Shown one piece after another: positions 40,081-56,036 of a stretch of 64,000 nt of DNA (its first letter is position 1; every line of letters starts with the position of its first letter). Made by a program: the position numbers and the translations under genes. Source of the stretch: Octopus vulgaris (lineage: Eukaryota); contig OX597815.1 of the NCBI GenBank assembly GCA_951406725.2, positions 54,002,001 to 54,066,000 on the forward strand. Reading direction: 5' to 3'. Under the pieces are notes generated by a model, which had not been told where the DNA came from, did no database searches, and worked only from the letters and a program-made list of their open reading frames with translations.

Positions 40081-40730
40081 ACTTAGGGTCAAACTTAGAA
40101 GTGAGCAAGTGTCACCACTGTGCCGCATTTGCAATAGAGTGGACGAAACCATTTCCCATATTACGAACGAATGCCCTAGACTTGTCCAAAACCACAAGTT
40201 GTGGTGACACGATCAGGTAGCCAAAGTACTACATTGGAATCTGTGCGAAAAGTGGCCGCTAAAGAGGCGAAAGAATGGTATGAGAAGAAACCGCAAAGAG
40301 TGTAGATTTGGAGACTAGCAAAATTCTCTGGGATTTCCCAATCCAAACAGATCAGTTGCTAGAGCATAACAGACCAGACCTAGTGGGTCAACGAAAATTC
40401 AAGAAGGAAATCAAAAAGGTAGATAGATACAACCCTATCAAGTACGAAATATCTCGGCTATGGAAAATGAAGATGGTGAACACAGTGCCAATTATTATTG
40501 GGTCCTTGGCAACAGTATAAGAAGGCGTCAAGGGAAATATAAGGGAAATTGGAATAGAGTGCCTAGTGGAACTGTTACAAAAGGTTTGCCTCCTTTGCAC
40601 AGCGAGAATAAGCGGGAGAGTATTAGATAGCTGAAAAGAACGAATACCATGGCACCGTAAGCTGCAGGTAGTAAGCCCGCTACGCATGAAAGACTCCAAG
40701 AGCGCGAACAAAACCTGTGATAAAGAGAAA
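40081..40730 (+). pseudogene. R4/Dong 3' fragment
   Basis: CRICNRVDETISHITNEC, ILWDFPIQTD..LEHNRPD, VPIIIGSL. Ends in (TAA)n. Confidence 0.8.
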
Positions 40731-40732
40731 TA

Positions 40733-40787
<55 letters not shown>

Positions 40788-40788
<1 letters not shown>

Positions 40789-43771
40789 CCTAGCCGTCAC
40801 TGAACTGATAGCCACTGAATCAAAAAATAGTGATATCACTGAGCTAAATAACCTAATATACGCAGCAGCCACTGCAGCCACAAAAGAAGCTGGATACTCA
40901 CCCAAACCCGCCCAAACAGGAGTACCATCACCCAAACAAACCCTGTGGATAAATAACATCCAAAGCAAAATAAAAAAAATTAGAAAAGACCTGTCGATTC
41001 TTAATGAAATCAGCAAACAATCAACGCTACTGAGCAACAAAAAGAGAACAAAAATACTCCGCAAATATAACATCACAGAGAAAGATTTGCCTGAAATAAA
41101 AGAAAAGCTGAAGCAAGATATCCTTGCCAAAGCACAAAGGATCCGCCGGTACAAGAAACGCCAACGCTTCTTTGAAGAAAACAAAAAGTTCAACTCCAAC
41201 CCCAAAAAGTTCTACCAAGAACTGGGCAAAAATAAAATAGAAGTCACTGCAGCACCAACGGCAGAAGAATTGGAAGAATTCTGGGGAGAAATATGGTCGG
41301 CGAACGAACCACCAAAAAAAAAGGAGTATCAGAATAACAAACTCGGCATCTGAACAACTTTGGACCCCCATAACAACTGAAGAGGTCACCCAGGCACTGC
41401 AAAGACTAAGCAACTGGAAGGCACCTGGGCATGACAAGATCCCCAACTTCTGGTTGAAATATCTAACAGGAATGCACAAAAAGCTGGCTGAAAACTTTAA
41501 CAACATACTAGCAGAGCCAGAGACAATGCCTGAATGGCTCACGAAGGGGAAAACCATCTTAATTCCCAAATCAAATGAAACAGAAAAAACAGAAAACTAC
41601 AGACCAATAACCTGCCTCCCTACTATGTTCAAGGCATTTACTGCAGTGATATCACAAAGGCTGAACAAGCACCTGGACGAAAACAAACTGTTCCCAGAAC
41701 AGCAGAAAGGATGCCGCAAAGGCTCATATGGCTGTAAAGATCAACAAATGATTAATAAAGCCATAACTGAAGACAGCCACAGAAAGAAGAAAGGCCTCAG
41801 TATGGCCTTGATTGACTACAAAAAGGCGTTTGATAGCATCCCCCACACATGGATCCTCGAAACACTAGCCATTAACAAAGTAGCACCAACAATCATAAAA
41901 TTCATAGAGCACTCTATGAATAAATGGCAAACAGTCCTACACCTCCAAACAAAAGAGGGACTCATGAAAACCAAAGACATCCCCATTAGAAGAGGAATAT
42001 TCCAGGGAGACACGCTCTCTCCACTCCTTTTCTGCTTGGCACTGTCACCTCTATCTGATATGCTAAATAGAACTGGATGCGGATATAAATGTTACGGCAA
42101 AACGATCAGCCACCTTTTATATATGGATGACCTAAAACTATACGCTGCAAATGACAAACAGCTGGAAACACTATTAAAAACAGTTCATGGATTTACCAAA
42201 GAAATAGATATGAAATTTGGATTAGAAAAATGCGCCAAAGTAACCATGAAAAGAGGAAAACTAGTTAAGAGTAACAACATCACACTAGATAAAACCAATG
42301 AAATAAAAGAATTAGACCAAAGCCAAACTTACAAATACTTAGGAATCCATGAACTAGATAAGACACAACACACACAAATGAAAGAGAAAATAAAAAAAAA
42401 TATTATAGACGAGTTAGATCAATACTAAACACAGAGCTCAATGCTAAAAACAAGATAATAGGTATCAACACTTTAGCTGTCCCAGTTATAAGTTACAGCT
42501 ACAATATCATTAACTGGACACGAAATGAACTGACCAAAATAGATAGGAAAACAAGAAAAATAATGACAGGATCTAGGATGCATCACCCAAAATCTGACAT
42601 AGAAAGACTATATATACAACGTATAGAAGGTGGTAGAGGCCTTATACAGCTGGAAAACTACTATAAAATAACCACCATAGGACTGCAAAAATATCTACTT
42701 CAGAAGGAAGGAAAACTGATCCAGATAGCGGCAAAACACGAGCAAAACAAAAAACTGTTCTCAATATTTAAGGAAGCTGACAAATACAAACAAGAAATCA
42801 TACCACCTAATAAACATGAAGAAGAAGAAGAAGATGAAGAAACAACAAAAGCTATAAAACAAATGAAATCCAAACTAAAAATAGAACAGCAACGAACCAT
42901 GATAAAACGATGGCAAGAAAAGCCCCTTCATGGTAAATACTGGACTAAACTAAACGCAACAGAAATAGACAAAGAAAAATCCCAGCAATGGTTGAGAAGC
43001 TCAGGACTCAAAGCAGAAACAGAGGGACTTTTAATTGCAGCACAAGACCAAAGCCCCCCCACCAGAAATTACCAAAAACATGTAATGAAAATATATATTA
43101 CAAGTAACTGCAGAATATGTGGAGATGGACAAGAAACAATAAATCATATTATCTCTAGCTGCCCAGTCTTGGCTAAGAAGGAATATATTCACAGACATGA
43201 CAGAGTTGGAACCTACATACATTGGAAGCTATGCCAACATTATGGAATAACAACAGAAAAAAGATGGTATAGGCACACACCAGAAAAGGTCACAGAAAAC
43301 GAGAAAGCAACCATACTCTGGGATATGCCGATACACACAGATAGAGAAATTAAGGCCAACAGACCAGATATAGTTGTCAGAGATCATGAAGAAAAAAATG
43401 CTTTCTAATTGATGTATCAATACCGGCTGATGACAACGTGTCTCTAAAAGAAATGGAGAAACTCTCAAAATACAAAGACCTGGAAATAGAGGTAACTAGA
43501 ATGTGGAATCTGAAAACAGAAACAATTCCTATCATAGTAAGTGCATTAGGCATGATAAAAAAATATTCAGACAAATACATAACAAAAACTCCAGGACTTA
43601 CAAACACATATAACATACAGAAAATCGCACTACTAGGCACTGCACACATCCTACGCAGAACACTTTCCATACAATAACCATCAGAGCATCACAACAAATC
43701 ACAGCACATACCCAAGGCACACAGAGCTGTGCTCGGTAGTGAAGTGAAAGCACGCTATAAAAATAAAACTA

Positions 43772-43774
<3 letters not shown>
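40788..43774 (+). mobile_element. R4/Dong-clade non-LTR retrotransposon, 5'-truncated and frameshifted, inserted in (TAA)n
   Basis: NWKAPGHD, NYRPITCL, IDYKKAFDS, RGIFQGDTLSP, LYMDD, YKYLG, CRICGDGQETINHIISSC, RHD, ANRPDIV, KYKDL. TAA repeats on both sides. Confidence 0.92.
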
Positions 43775-43831
<57 letters not shown>

Positions 43832-43833
<2 letters not shown>

Positions 43834-44375
43834 CAGCATGGGTATTGAGACCCACTATCTTGATTTTCTCATTGAGTGCTATTTTTAGTTCTAATCTAAC
43901 ATATCTATAATATTTCTTCCCTATCTTCTTTCATTTTTCTGTGTTGTCCCGTATCTGATTCATCGATGCCTAAGTGTTTGTATGTCTAGGTTTAGTCTAG
44001 CTTTCTTATTAATCTTAACTAGTTTTTCCTCTTTTTCTAGGCTATTTGGGCATATCTTCCTAAGCCGAATTTCATATTTATTTCTTTGGTAAATCCATGC
44101 ACTATCTGTAGTAATGTTACCGGTTGTTTGTCATTTGCAGTATACAGCTTGAGTTCATCAATATACAAGACATGGTTGATCGTTTTGCCACAGTACTTGT
44201 ATCCACATGCTGTTCTGTTTAACATTCAGTTAATGGCGTCAGTGCCAGGAGTGGAGAATTTTTGTTTTCGAATGGGGATGGGTTTTAGTTTTTTTTAGAA
44301 TTTTCCCTTTTGTATGTATCTGTAGAACTGTTTGCCATTTATTCTTGACATATTTTATATATTTTACAATTGTTA
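43832..44375 (-). pseudogene. Older R4/Dong RT fragment
   Basis: MLNRTACGYK..GKTINHVLYIDELKLY, homologous to 42060-42230. Confidence 0.8.
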
Positions 44376-44404
44376 AAATAATAATGATAATGATGATGAT
44401 GATG

Positions 44405-44477
<73 letters not shown>

Positions 44478-44479
<2 letters not shown>

Positions 44480-45032
44480 GCCCTGATGCAGTACCAGGCA
44501 TTGGCTCTCATGGCTTCTTATCTTAACTGATTGGAAGTGTTATCATGTACATTGTTTTGTCTTGGTATAAAAGATGGGCTACAGAAAATATTCTGCTCAA
44601 TACCACAGATTTGCTTGTCAGTTGTTTGACCTTAACCAGTTGAGCATGTCCCTTAGTGGCTGACGATATGTGCATTTCTGATCACGAGCAGAAGTATTGG
44701 GAGAGCATTATAGCCATGTGTTGAGAGGGATTCTTTGGGGTTTGAATAATTCACCTCTGGAAACATGGGTGGTTCTTTCAAATCCTTAAACAACCCTTAT
44801 TCAGGGACCGTTTGAGCGGGATGGGCTACTCAACCTGAAGAAAATTCTAACTGGGCCCCACCTGCAAGGTCATGTGCTGTTTATCTTGATATGAGATCAC
44901 CATGTCGCGCACATATGTTTGTGATGCATGTGCCTAGTGTACCCTTATCAGACGGGTAGTAATGATGGGTATATTGGGCTTCGTATATTTTACCCCAGTG
45001 TCACTTTGATGGCATGAACTGCTATCTCACTC

Positions 45033-45033
<1 letters not shown>
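44478..45033 (+). mobile_element. ~556 bp TAA-bounded non-coding element (reference copy)
   Basis: (TAA)n on both sides, no long ORF, no recognisable tRNA head, at least 6 copies in the window. Confidence 0.85.
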
Positions 45034-45091
<58 letters not shown>

Positions 45092-45147
45092 TTCTTTCTA
45101 ATATAATGATAGTAGTAATAATAATGATAAAAATGACAGTAATAGTA

Positions 45148-45186
<39 letters not shown>

Positions 45187-45196
45187 ATTATTATTA

Positions 45197-46466
45197 TTAG
45201 GTCATCAATTACGAAATTTGTAGAAAAGAAAAAGAAACTGCTAATGTTTTATAAATACAAGGAATAGTTTTATTCATGAAAGTATGCACCCATATTGTCA
45301 ATACACTTTTGCCATTTCGGCTGTAGCATGTCCAGCCCGGAACTGTAAAAGTCTGGCAAATGTAGAGTCAGTAAAATCTTGGAAGGCCTGTTTTACAGCA
45401 TCGTCGGAATTAAAAAATTTTTCCTATCAAAAAATTATCGAAATTCCGGAAGAAGTGGGGGTAAGATCAAGTGAGTATAGTGGATGACTGAGAACTCTAA
45501 CTCTTGTAGTTTCGCCAATGTCATTTTTGCGATGTGTGATCTGGCGTTGTCTTGCAATAAAATAGGAGTGGATCTGTTGACTAATCTAGGCAGTTTTTTG
45601 TAAGTTTCTGCATCACTTGGTCCATTTGGCCGCAGTATACTTCGGCCATGATTGATGACCTAGGTTTAAAGAAATAATAATGGATCACACCTGCGCCAGA
45701 CCACTAAACACACACCATCAGCTTCTTTTGATGAATTCTGCCTTTTGGACTGTGTTTTGGTGGCTCGTCTTTGTCCAACCATTGTACTGAAAGTTTACGG
45801 TTGTTTTACTGGATACATTTCTCATCGCATGTTATAATTCAATTCAAAAAGGATTCATTTTTATGACAAGAAAGTAACTTAATACAGGCTTTCAAACGTT
45901 GGTGTTTATGATTTTCATAGAGTTCATGTGGAACCCACTTATCCCAATGTTTTACTTTACCGATTTGAACTAGATGAGTCAATATTATTTGCCTGCTAGT
46001 AGCAAACAACAACGATAATTCACGGACACTTTGAAATGTATCTGATTCCACGGTGGCTTTTAGCTCGTAATTATTCACCTTTGTTTCTGGTCGACCGCAT
46101 TGCTAATTTGTGAGGTCAAAGTAACTAGAACGAAATTTTGCAAATCAATTTGACACTGTCTGCAGTGTAATAACATTAAAATGAATATCTCCATTAATAT
46201 TCCGAGCTGCCTGTGATTCTGTATTTCCAAGAATGAACTCATATTTCAAAACTGTACGAATTTCCGACTTAACCATATCTAAACAAAAGTAACAAGAAAC
46301 CATTTATATATACTTTATAAAGCGCAAAATGAGTTAGAATAAAGAAATAGATGTGTCAGCTTTCTAACAAAAAATATAGATAGTCAAAATATAATAATAG
46401 GACAAAATGAGCAGCTGTCAAAGTTTACCATATACTTTCCTATAAATCTCTTACTTGACGACCTAA
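45197..46466 (-). mobile_element. Decayed mariner transposon, full length
   Basis: TA|ttaggtcatcaattacgaaatttgtag ... ctataaatctcttacttgacgacctaa|TA. Peptides WVPHEL, TCDEK, QDNARSH and YSLDLTP. Confidence 0.88.
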
Positions 46467-46479
46467 TATTATTTCTACC

Positions 46480-46692
46480 AATGACTGAAATTTTGGAGGA
46501 AGAGGGAAAGTCAATTACATCGACCCCAGCACTCAATGATGAAGGGCGAAGTGGAATTTGAACTCACCGATATCGCCTTTTTGCTTATCATCTTTGAGAG
46601 TCGACAAACTAAGTACCAGTTGAGTACTGGTTCAATGTGATCGACTTCCTCATCCTCACAAATGTCAGGCTTTGTGCCTGTAGTAGAAAGTA
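46480..46692. mobile_element. Two inverted truncated pieces of the second SINE family, ending in (ATT)n
   Basis: gtcaattacatcgaccccagcactcaa versus ttgagtactggttcaatgtgatcgac. Confidence 0.55.
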
Positions 46693-46704
46693 TTATTATT
46701 ATTT

Positions 46705-48368
<1,664 letters not shown>

Positions 48369-48369
48369 C

Positions 48370-48436
<67 letters not shown>

Positions 48437-48437
48437 C

Positions 48438-51400
48438 GTTATTACTTTTTTTTCTTCTTTCAAATTTGCTTCCATTTCTTGCCGAGTGTCTTCCCGACAC
48501 CTAGGGCAAAGAAACTCATAGTGTACATTGGTAGGCCATTAAACCAAACTCAATAGTTCATTCATTTTTTTTTTTTTTTAAGTTAAATTAAAATACATGA
48601 GCAGCAACAGTTCTCACATCGACAATGCTCTTCTCAATACGTGTGATGTACCAGTTAAGACAATCTTTTGCACTTCTTGCAGGGATGGTAAGCCAGGGAT
48701 CATTCTAATATAATTTTCGGTTCCCTTCTTGATCATTCCTAGTGCTCCTACGATCACTGGCACTGTAACCGCCTTGAGATGCCACATTTTCTCAATTTCA
48801 ATGAGTAGGTCTTTATATTTTCTGAGCTTGTCAAACTCTTTCGCTGAGATATTATGATCACAGGGGATGCTCATGTCGATCAACAAGCAAACTTTATTGC
48901 TTTGGTCTTTCACAACAAAATCTGGTTTATTGGCCTTGATGGTTCGGTCTGTATGTACTGGAAAGTCCCACAGAATGGTTACATTTTCTCCTTCAGTTAC
49001 AGCCTCAGGGTGGTGATTATACCACTTGTCGGCAGTTTTGATATTGTAATGCCGACTTATTAGCCAGTGGAGATATTGGCCAACTCTGTCATGTCTTAAT
49101 TTATACTCCACTGGTGCTAAGACTTTACATCCAGAGATTAGGTGGTCCACTGTTTCAATCATGTCGTTGCAGAATCGGCATTTTGGGTCTGCTCCATTTT
49201 TCATCACATTGGCCTGGTAGTTCCGGGTTAATAGGCTTTGATCTTGAGCAGCCAGGATGAAACCTTCGCTCTCTGCTTTTAGCCCTGAGCTCCGCAGCCA
49301 CTGATGGGTTTGCTTCTGGTCAACATCAGCTTGTTTGCTGCGGGTCGCATATTTGCCGTGCAGAGGTTTCTCCTCCCACCTATCAGCCAATTGCTCGTGC
49401 GCTCTTTTCGTTGCCATTATTTTCACCTTCTCTGCAACAATAGTTGCCGTACTTCCCTCGGGTTTTTCAGTCTGGGTATCCTGCACGAGATCAATAGCAA
49501 ATTCTTTGCTTTCCTTTATGATAGAATGAAGCTTCTTTCGTCTCTCGTGATTTTCCACGAGTTTTAGCATCCAGTCATTCGATATTTCGAGATATTTGGC
49601 CAGTCCAATTGTGGTTGTTTTGTAAGCTAGTTCAAATTGGATCAGGCCTCGACCTCCTTGGGCTCTGGGAAGGTAAAGGCGATCTACGTCTGCATTTGGG
49701 TGGTGCATCCTATTACAACTCAGCAGCTTGCGTATTTTCCTATCTATATTCTTTACTTCACTCATATTCCAGTTCAACACATTGTAGCTATAAGTAACAA
49801 CTGGAACTGCTAAGGAATTTATAGCTAACACCTTGTTACGTGCATTTAGTTCAGATTTCAGGACTGCACGAACTCTCCTATAACATTCCTTCCTGATCTT
49901 CTCTTTCATGCTTGCATGCTGAATACCAGAGCCTTCATTTATCCCTAAATATTTGTATGTTTGTTCTTGCTCAAGCTCTCTTATGACTGTGTCAACATCT
50001 AACACGACTGAATTTGTGGTCTTCACTTTCCCTTTCTAGAAAGTGGCCTTGGCACACTTGTCAAGTCCAAACTCCATCCCGATGTCATCGCTGAATGCTT
50101 TCACAGTGCGCAATAGGCCTTCAAGTTCATTATTGTCTTTACCATAAAGTTTTAAGTCATCCATATAAAATAGATGGCTTATTTTTTTATTGGCAATTTT
50201 ATACCCATACCCTGTTCTGTTTAATTCACTTGTAAGTGGTATTAGGGCTATGCAGAATATTAAAGGTGTAAGTGAGTCACCTTGAAAAATTCCACAGTTG
50301 ATGTTTATATTTTCTGAGGCAAGTACTCCATTAGAGTGGTATAATTAGAGATTCGTATTCCACAACGACATATTGTGCTTCAGGAAGTTTGAAATCACAG
50401 GGGAAATTTTGAAGATGTCCATCGATCTCAAGATCCATGGATGCGGTATACTGTCGAAGGCCTTTTTATAGTCAATCCATGCGGTGCTGAGATTTCTGCG
50501 CTTGTTGTGACAGTTCTCAAGGATCATACGATTAATTAGCAGTTGATCTTTGCATCCGTAAGAGCCTCGGCGGCACCCTTTTTGTTCAATGGGGAAAATA
50601 TCGTTCTTCTCCATGAATGCATATGTTCTCTCCGCCAGGATAGATGTTAGGATTTTATACGTGGTGGATAGACAGGTTATAGGCCGATAGTTTTTTGGAA
50701 GGTTGGTTTCGTTATTCTTTGGGAGTAGGTAAGTAATGCCACTTGCTAACCATTCAGGTGTTTTCTTTGGGTCTCTCATAATTCCATTGAGCAGCTGAAC
50801 TAGCTTACCGTGTGCGCATGGGAGCGATGCGAGCCAGAAATTCGGCACCCTATCTTTACCGGGGGATTTCCAATTATGGGCCTTCGTGAGTGCCTTTCTT
50901 AGGTCTGCTATTGTGATGTCTTCCCATGCTTGTTGTAAATTTTGGTAGGATCCTTCAGTTTGTATAACCCAGTCTGCATTTATGTTGTACGTCTTCTTGT
51001 CACTCCAAATCCTTTTCCAAAAGTTTTGAACTTCTTCCATGAGAGGGGGGTCTTTAACGGTTACTTTCTCCTTCCCTATTTCTCTGTAGAATTTTTTGGC
51101 ATTGGATGTGAACAGCTTATTTTGCTTGTAAAACTTGTTTCTCTTCTCAAATCTTCGTATTCTTTGGGCTTTTGCTTGGGCTTTTTGTTTCAGCGTTTCT
51201 TTTATTGATATCAGTTCTTCTCTTGGTGAGGATCCAAATTTTCTCTTCATCTTTCTTCCTGTTCTGGATCTTACATCATTTCTACATATTAGTTCATTTA
51301 ATATTGATATTTCCCCTCTCATGAATTCAATCTCTTTCAATTTTACTTCTCCAGATTTGATTTCTTCCCAGGTTTGGTTTTCTTTGTTTTTTCGGGGGCA

Positions 51401-52010
51401 TACAGCTGGTTTCAATTGCCCTAGCAAAAGCGTAAATAATTTCATTTAACTCAGTAAAATCAGGTTTTAATTCTCGTATTATTTCATTTGTTACATAGTT
51501 GCCAATTTGGATTTGTTTTTTATTTTGGTTTGTATTTGAGAGTTTATGAAGTGGTTCTCTATCATTCATACTTGTATGTCGTACAACTTCAAGCGTATTC
51601 AGGATTTTCTGCCTCATTTCTGCCATAGACTCTCTGTGTTCTTCAGCAAATGCGAGATCTCCAGTTACTGTTGTTTTTTCGTTTTCCTGGCTATCTTTAA
51701 CAGGTACAATAGAATTTCTTGTATCTTCAGGCCTTTGCATACTTTGGTCAGATGGCAGTCTTTCAATTAAGCCTCGTGGCGGGCTATACTGTTCATCTGA
51801 TTCTTCATTTCCTTTGTGTCTTATATTTATGTCATTTTCCGTTGCGTGCTTGATCGCGCTTATTTCACTGTCTGTGAGTCTGTTATTTCTAAGGATATCC
51901 CTCCTCACATTTGCTAATTTGTTCTCGTCCAAATAGGGCCTACTGTCTTGATTCCGTGTTCTCCATATACTGTAAGAGTTTGCGGTGTGTCTCTCTTGAG
52001 ATGGCCTACC
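48438..52010 (-). mobile_element. R4/Dong-clade element, near full ORF with frameshifts and a stop
   Basis: ORF pieces 51327-51932, 50345-51445 and 48614-50026. RT core GIFQGD/FYMDD at ~50150-50300. CCHC + RLE present. 3' UTR followed by (TAA)n. Confidence 0.92.
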
Positions 52011-52199
52011 TACTCATTTAAGAAAGTAACTACACTGTATGTAACAAAAATCTTTCCGAATTTTTAGTTCCTTTGCTATAACAGCACTTTTCCCATAGTT
52101 GTCGCAAAGTTTTCCTTCCATTGCACCAATGTTATTGGATAAAGTTGGTGTTGTGGCGGGAGCTGCTTAGTGGACGTCCATGTTGCTACTTAGCCCGGA

Positions 52200-52214
52200 G
52201 CTATTATTATTATT

Positions 52215-52245
<31 letters not shown>

Positions 52246-52357
52246 GTGGTGGTGTTGGTGGTGATGGCGATGGTGGTATTATCAATAGTAGTTGTAGTAG
52301 TATCATCAACAGCAGCAACCGCAACAGCAGCTGCTGCAGCAGCAGCAGCAGTAGTAC

Positions 52358-52402
<45 letters not shown>

Positions 52403-52500
52403 CAGCAGCAGCTGCAGCAATAGTAGTAGTAGTAGTAGTAGTGATGGTGGTGGTATTGGTGGTTGCGTTGTTGGTGATGATGATGATGATGATATTGTAT
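52200..52500. repeat. Compound trinucleotide repeats (GTT/GGT/GCA/GTA/GAT)
   Basis: Directly visible. Confidence 0.9.
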
Positions 52501-53498
52501 TCGTAGTTGTTATTGCTATGTTTTTGTAGTTATTTTCGTTGTTTCTATTATTATTAACAAACCGAACTAAATCCGATTTATTTCCAGCTGAGGATGCATT
52601 ACGAATTCGTCTTTCTTCAGAAGTAATATACCACTATATGCATCTCTCTTTCTCTCTAGCATTATAAATATCTCTGCGTATGCATCGCTCGATTCATCTA
52701 TTTCTGTATATCTGCGTTTCACTAGGCCTATTCTGTTTTGTTTATCCACATTATCTATATGCACTGGTGTCTCTAAATATATTGATCTATGACTCTTGAA
52801 TACATTTATACATATATGTATATGCACATTTTAAACTTTACCTATATATTTAAAATGCTATCGCTCGCTATATTTATGACTCAATCCATATATTCAATAT
52901 ATTAATATTTCTGGATACATATATTTATCAGAATATATGAGATCAATAGAATATTTGTGGCAATGCGCTGTTTGTGCTTTATTCGCTCAGAACTCTATTT
53001 GAAATTTGGATTCTCCTTTAGAGACTTCATAACTTGCTGAAAAGATTATTTGCATGACACTTACTTGACTCATGTGCAATGGTTAATGAGATTTCTTATA
53101 CGATATCTCTTATATCGAATAAGCAAAAGGCATGATTGTGCTTAAATTATACAGGGAAAGCATAAGACAAGTTGTCGGGAAGAAATGCTCTAGTCTGTAG
53201 CATGCTAGCAACGTTATGAGAATTGGGAGTTCAATCAAAAAGTATTGCTACATTTCAAACGTGTTTCTCTCTTTCTCCCTGTCCTTCTCTTTCTCTCTGT
53301 CTCTCTCTTTCTCTGTCTCCCTCTCTCTCCAACAACTATAATCGATTCTTCTCACTTAGTTACTTTACTTCCTTTGGTTCCTTTTCACTTACTTCCTTCA
53401 CACAGAATTATATAATATTCTCAATGCCAAATAACAGAGGCACACATAAATGCGTACATACATAGCCACACGCGTACATACAAAATTATGTATATGTA

Positions 53499-53555
<57 letters not shown>

Positions 53556-53556
53556 G

Positions 53557-53619
<63 letters not shown>

Positions 53620-54394
53620 CTCCAATATATCAGCTCAACAATACCTTTTGGATAAAATGTTATTGGAAACGTCATGGAAGCCCGGAAAATACTTATATAA
53701 AACACAGCCAACAAATATATTTAGGGCAACTGGCATGTTGATGATACCCTTTGGGATGAAAATATATTTCCACGACTGTCGTCTTATATACAAACAATAA
53801 ACTGGTCCTTTTCTTTAATGGCATATCAGCTTTAGAAATTTTTGATCCTTGAGATTAATTTTCGTTTTCATTTGGAGCTATCCTCATTTGTCATCTGGTA
53901 ATTTTGACACATCCATTGGAGGCCGAGATGATTTTAATAAATCAATGTGTATATATATAACAACAATAATGTGTAAATTCACTAAAGCTGTTTACAACGA
54001 ATTTTTAATTGATTAATGGAGACATTATATCATTAGAAAAAAAAACCGTTTTATTAGGTGAAAACATGAACCACAACTTTCAAAAACACTCAAAAGCCAA
54101 CGTGCATGAAGGGATGTGCACCTTCATGATTTTATAACCCTTGCTGCATTTAGTACAATGTGCGTTTCTTGCTTAGCCTCAGGGCTAACTGATATACGCA
54201 GTAGGGTACAGTTGATCATATACATAACCTAAATATCTTTGTGCCTGTACTTTGGTACCCACATATGCATTCCTTTATTTTTGTTGTGTACACATTTTAC
54301 TTTTCGACCTGACCCGGTGCCCTACCGTTTAAGTGCCTGAGTCACTTGAATCCTGGTCTATCTTTCTACCTGTCTATCGATCGATCGATATACG

Positions 54395-54557
<163 letters not shown>

Positions 54558-54798
54558 GTAAGTAAATAGTAAGGGATTACCCCAAATGTTTACCTGTTCG
54601 CTCTCAGTTAGGTATTCAAAATAGGTTATTCGACGGTAAATATATAAATCCAATAAAATTCTTATAAGTATTTAGAGATGTATTCTGTTGGATAATTCTG
54701 AATATATTACCATAACCATATATGTTTTCTCGTGTATATAATATGAACAATAATAATAAGAATTATTACTTAGTTGCATAGCATTACCTTTAATTCTT

Positions 54799-54829
<31 letters not shown>

Positions 54830-54831
<2 letters not shown>

Positions 54832-55250
54832 ATAAAAAATACAAACTGGGACAAAAACGCAAGACATTTTGATGACGACACAAAAAACACGGACGGGACA
54901 TTCGAAGCCTTCAATCTTCAATCAAGAACCGGATCATCCTCGCAATTTCGGCTGATTAATCTTGAGATTGCTCTAATCTGGCCAGCCCCAAGAAAAAACT
55001 AAGCTAAGCACATTAGATTCCTTGGAAGAAAGCTTCGAATGTATACAAAACAAGGATAGAAAAACGGACGATGTTACACGAATATGAATACAAAAATAAT
55101 ACGTAAAAACAATCTCAAGATTAATTAGCCGAAATTGCGAGGATGATCCGGTACTTGACTGAAGATTGAAGGCTACGAATGTCCCGTCCATGTTTTTTGT
55201 ATCGTCATCAAACTGTTTTGCGTTCTTGTCCCAGTTTGTATTTTTTATAC
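54830..55250. repeat. Fold-back unit (arms 54830-54970 / 55110-55250)
   Basis: 141 bp inverted arms with ~10 mismatches, between (TG)n and TA. Confidence 0.88.
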
Positions 55251-55287
55251 ATATATATAGCGGCGTAGGTACCTTCTCTCTTATATG

Positions 55288-55399
<112 letters not shown>

Positions 55400-55976
55400 C
55401 ATACACACACACAATCACACACACACATACATACAGCTTTACATAGGCCTACATATGTCTCAGCAGCGTCGATTAGTAACCGTTGCAATTGCAACCTTTC
55501 TATAATACCCGTGCAGTTTCTTCAGGGTTTTTACTTAATATCTTTCGATTTAACTATTTAAAGTTTTTCAGTTATGTACTTTGTGTTGTATTCTGTAGAG
55601 TTTTCCGTTAAGTTAGACGGGAATAATCTCCAATACAACTTTTTATGGATAATTACTTATAGTCCTTTATTTCAAAACCTTCTGTTTAAACGTTTATTAT
55701 TCATTTATACTGGGAAAGTGTGAATTTCCTCATGTGCAAGCATCTAAAATCCTGTTCCTATCTAGAATTATTACATTACAGTTGGATATAAAAATCTGAT
55801 AAAATTTTTCTTAACATAACCCACATATTTTAGTTCTAGGTCTGTATAGTTTTGCAGTAGAAATTAATTCGCAATTGATGGTATAATCTTTGTTTCTGTC
55901 TTTAATAGACCAGTTTAATTTACTAGGACTTCTTTTGAATCTTATTTTTATTTCAAAATGAACTCAAATGATATAT

Positions 55977-56036
<60 letters not shown>

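Noticed and set aside
44780-44870. TAA element as a telomerase-RNA derivative or an HDV/twister ribozyme carrier
   Set aside because: aaacaaccctta is not a proper CTAACCCTAA template, and no pseudoknot or ribozyme core could be assembled by eye.
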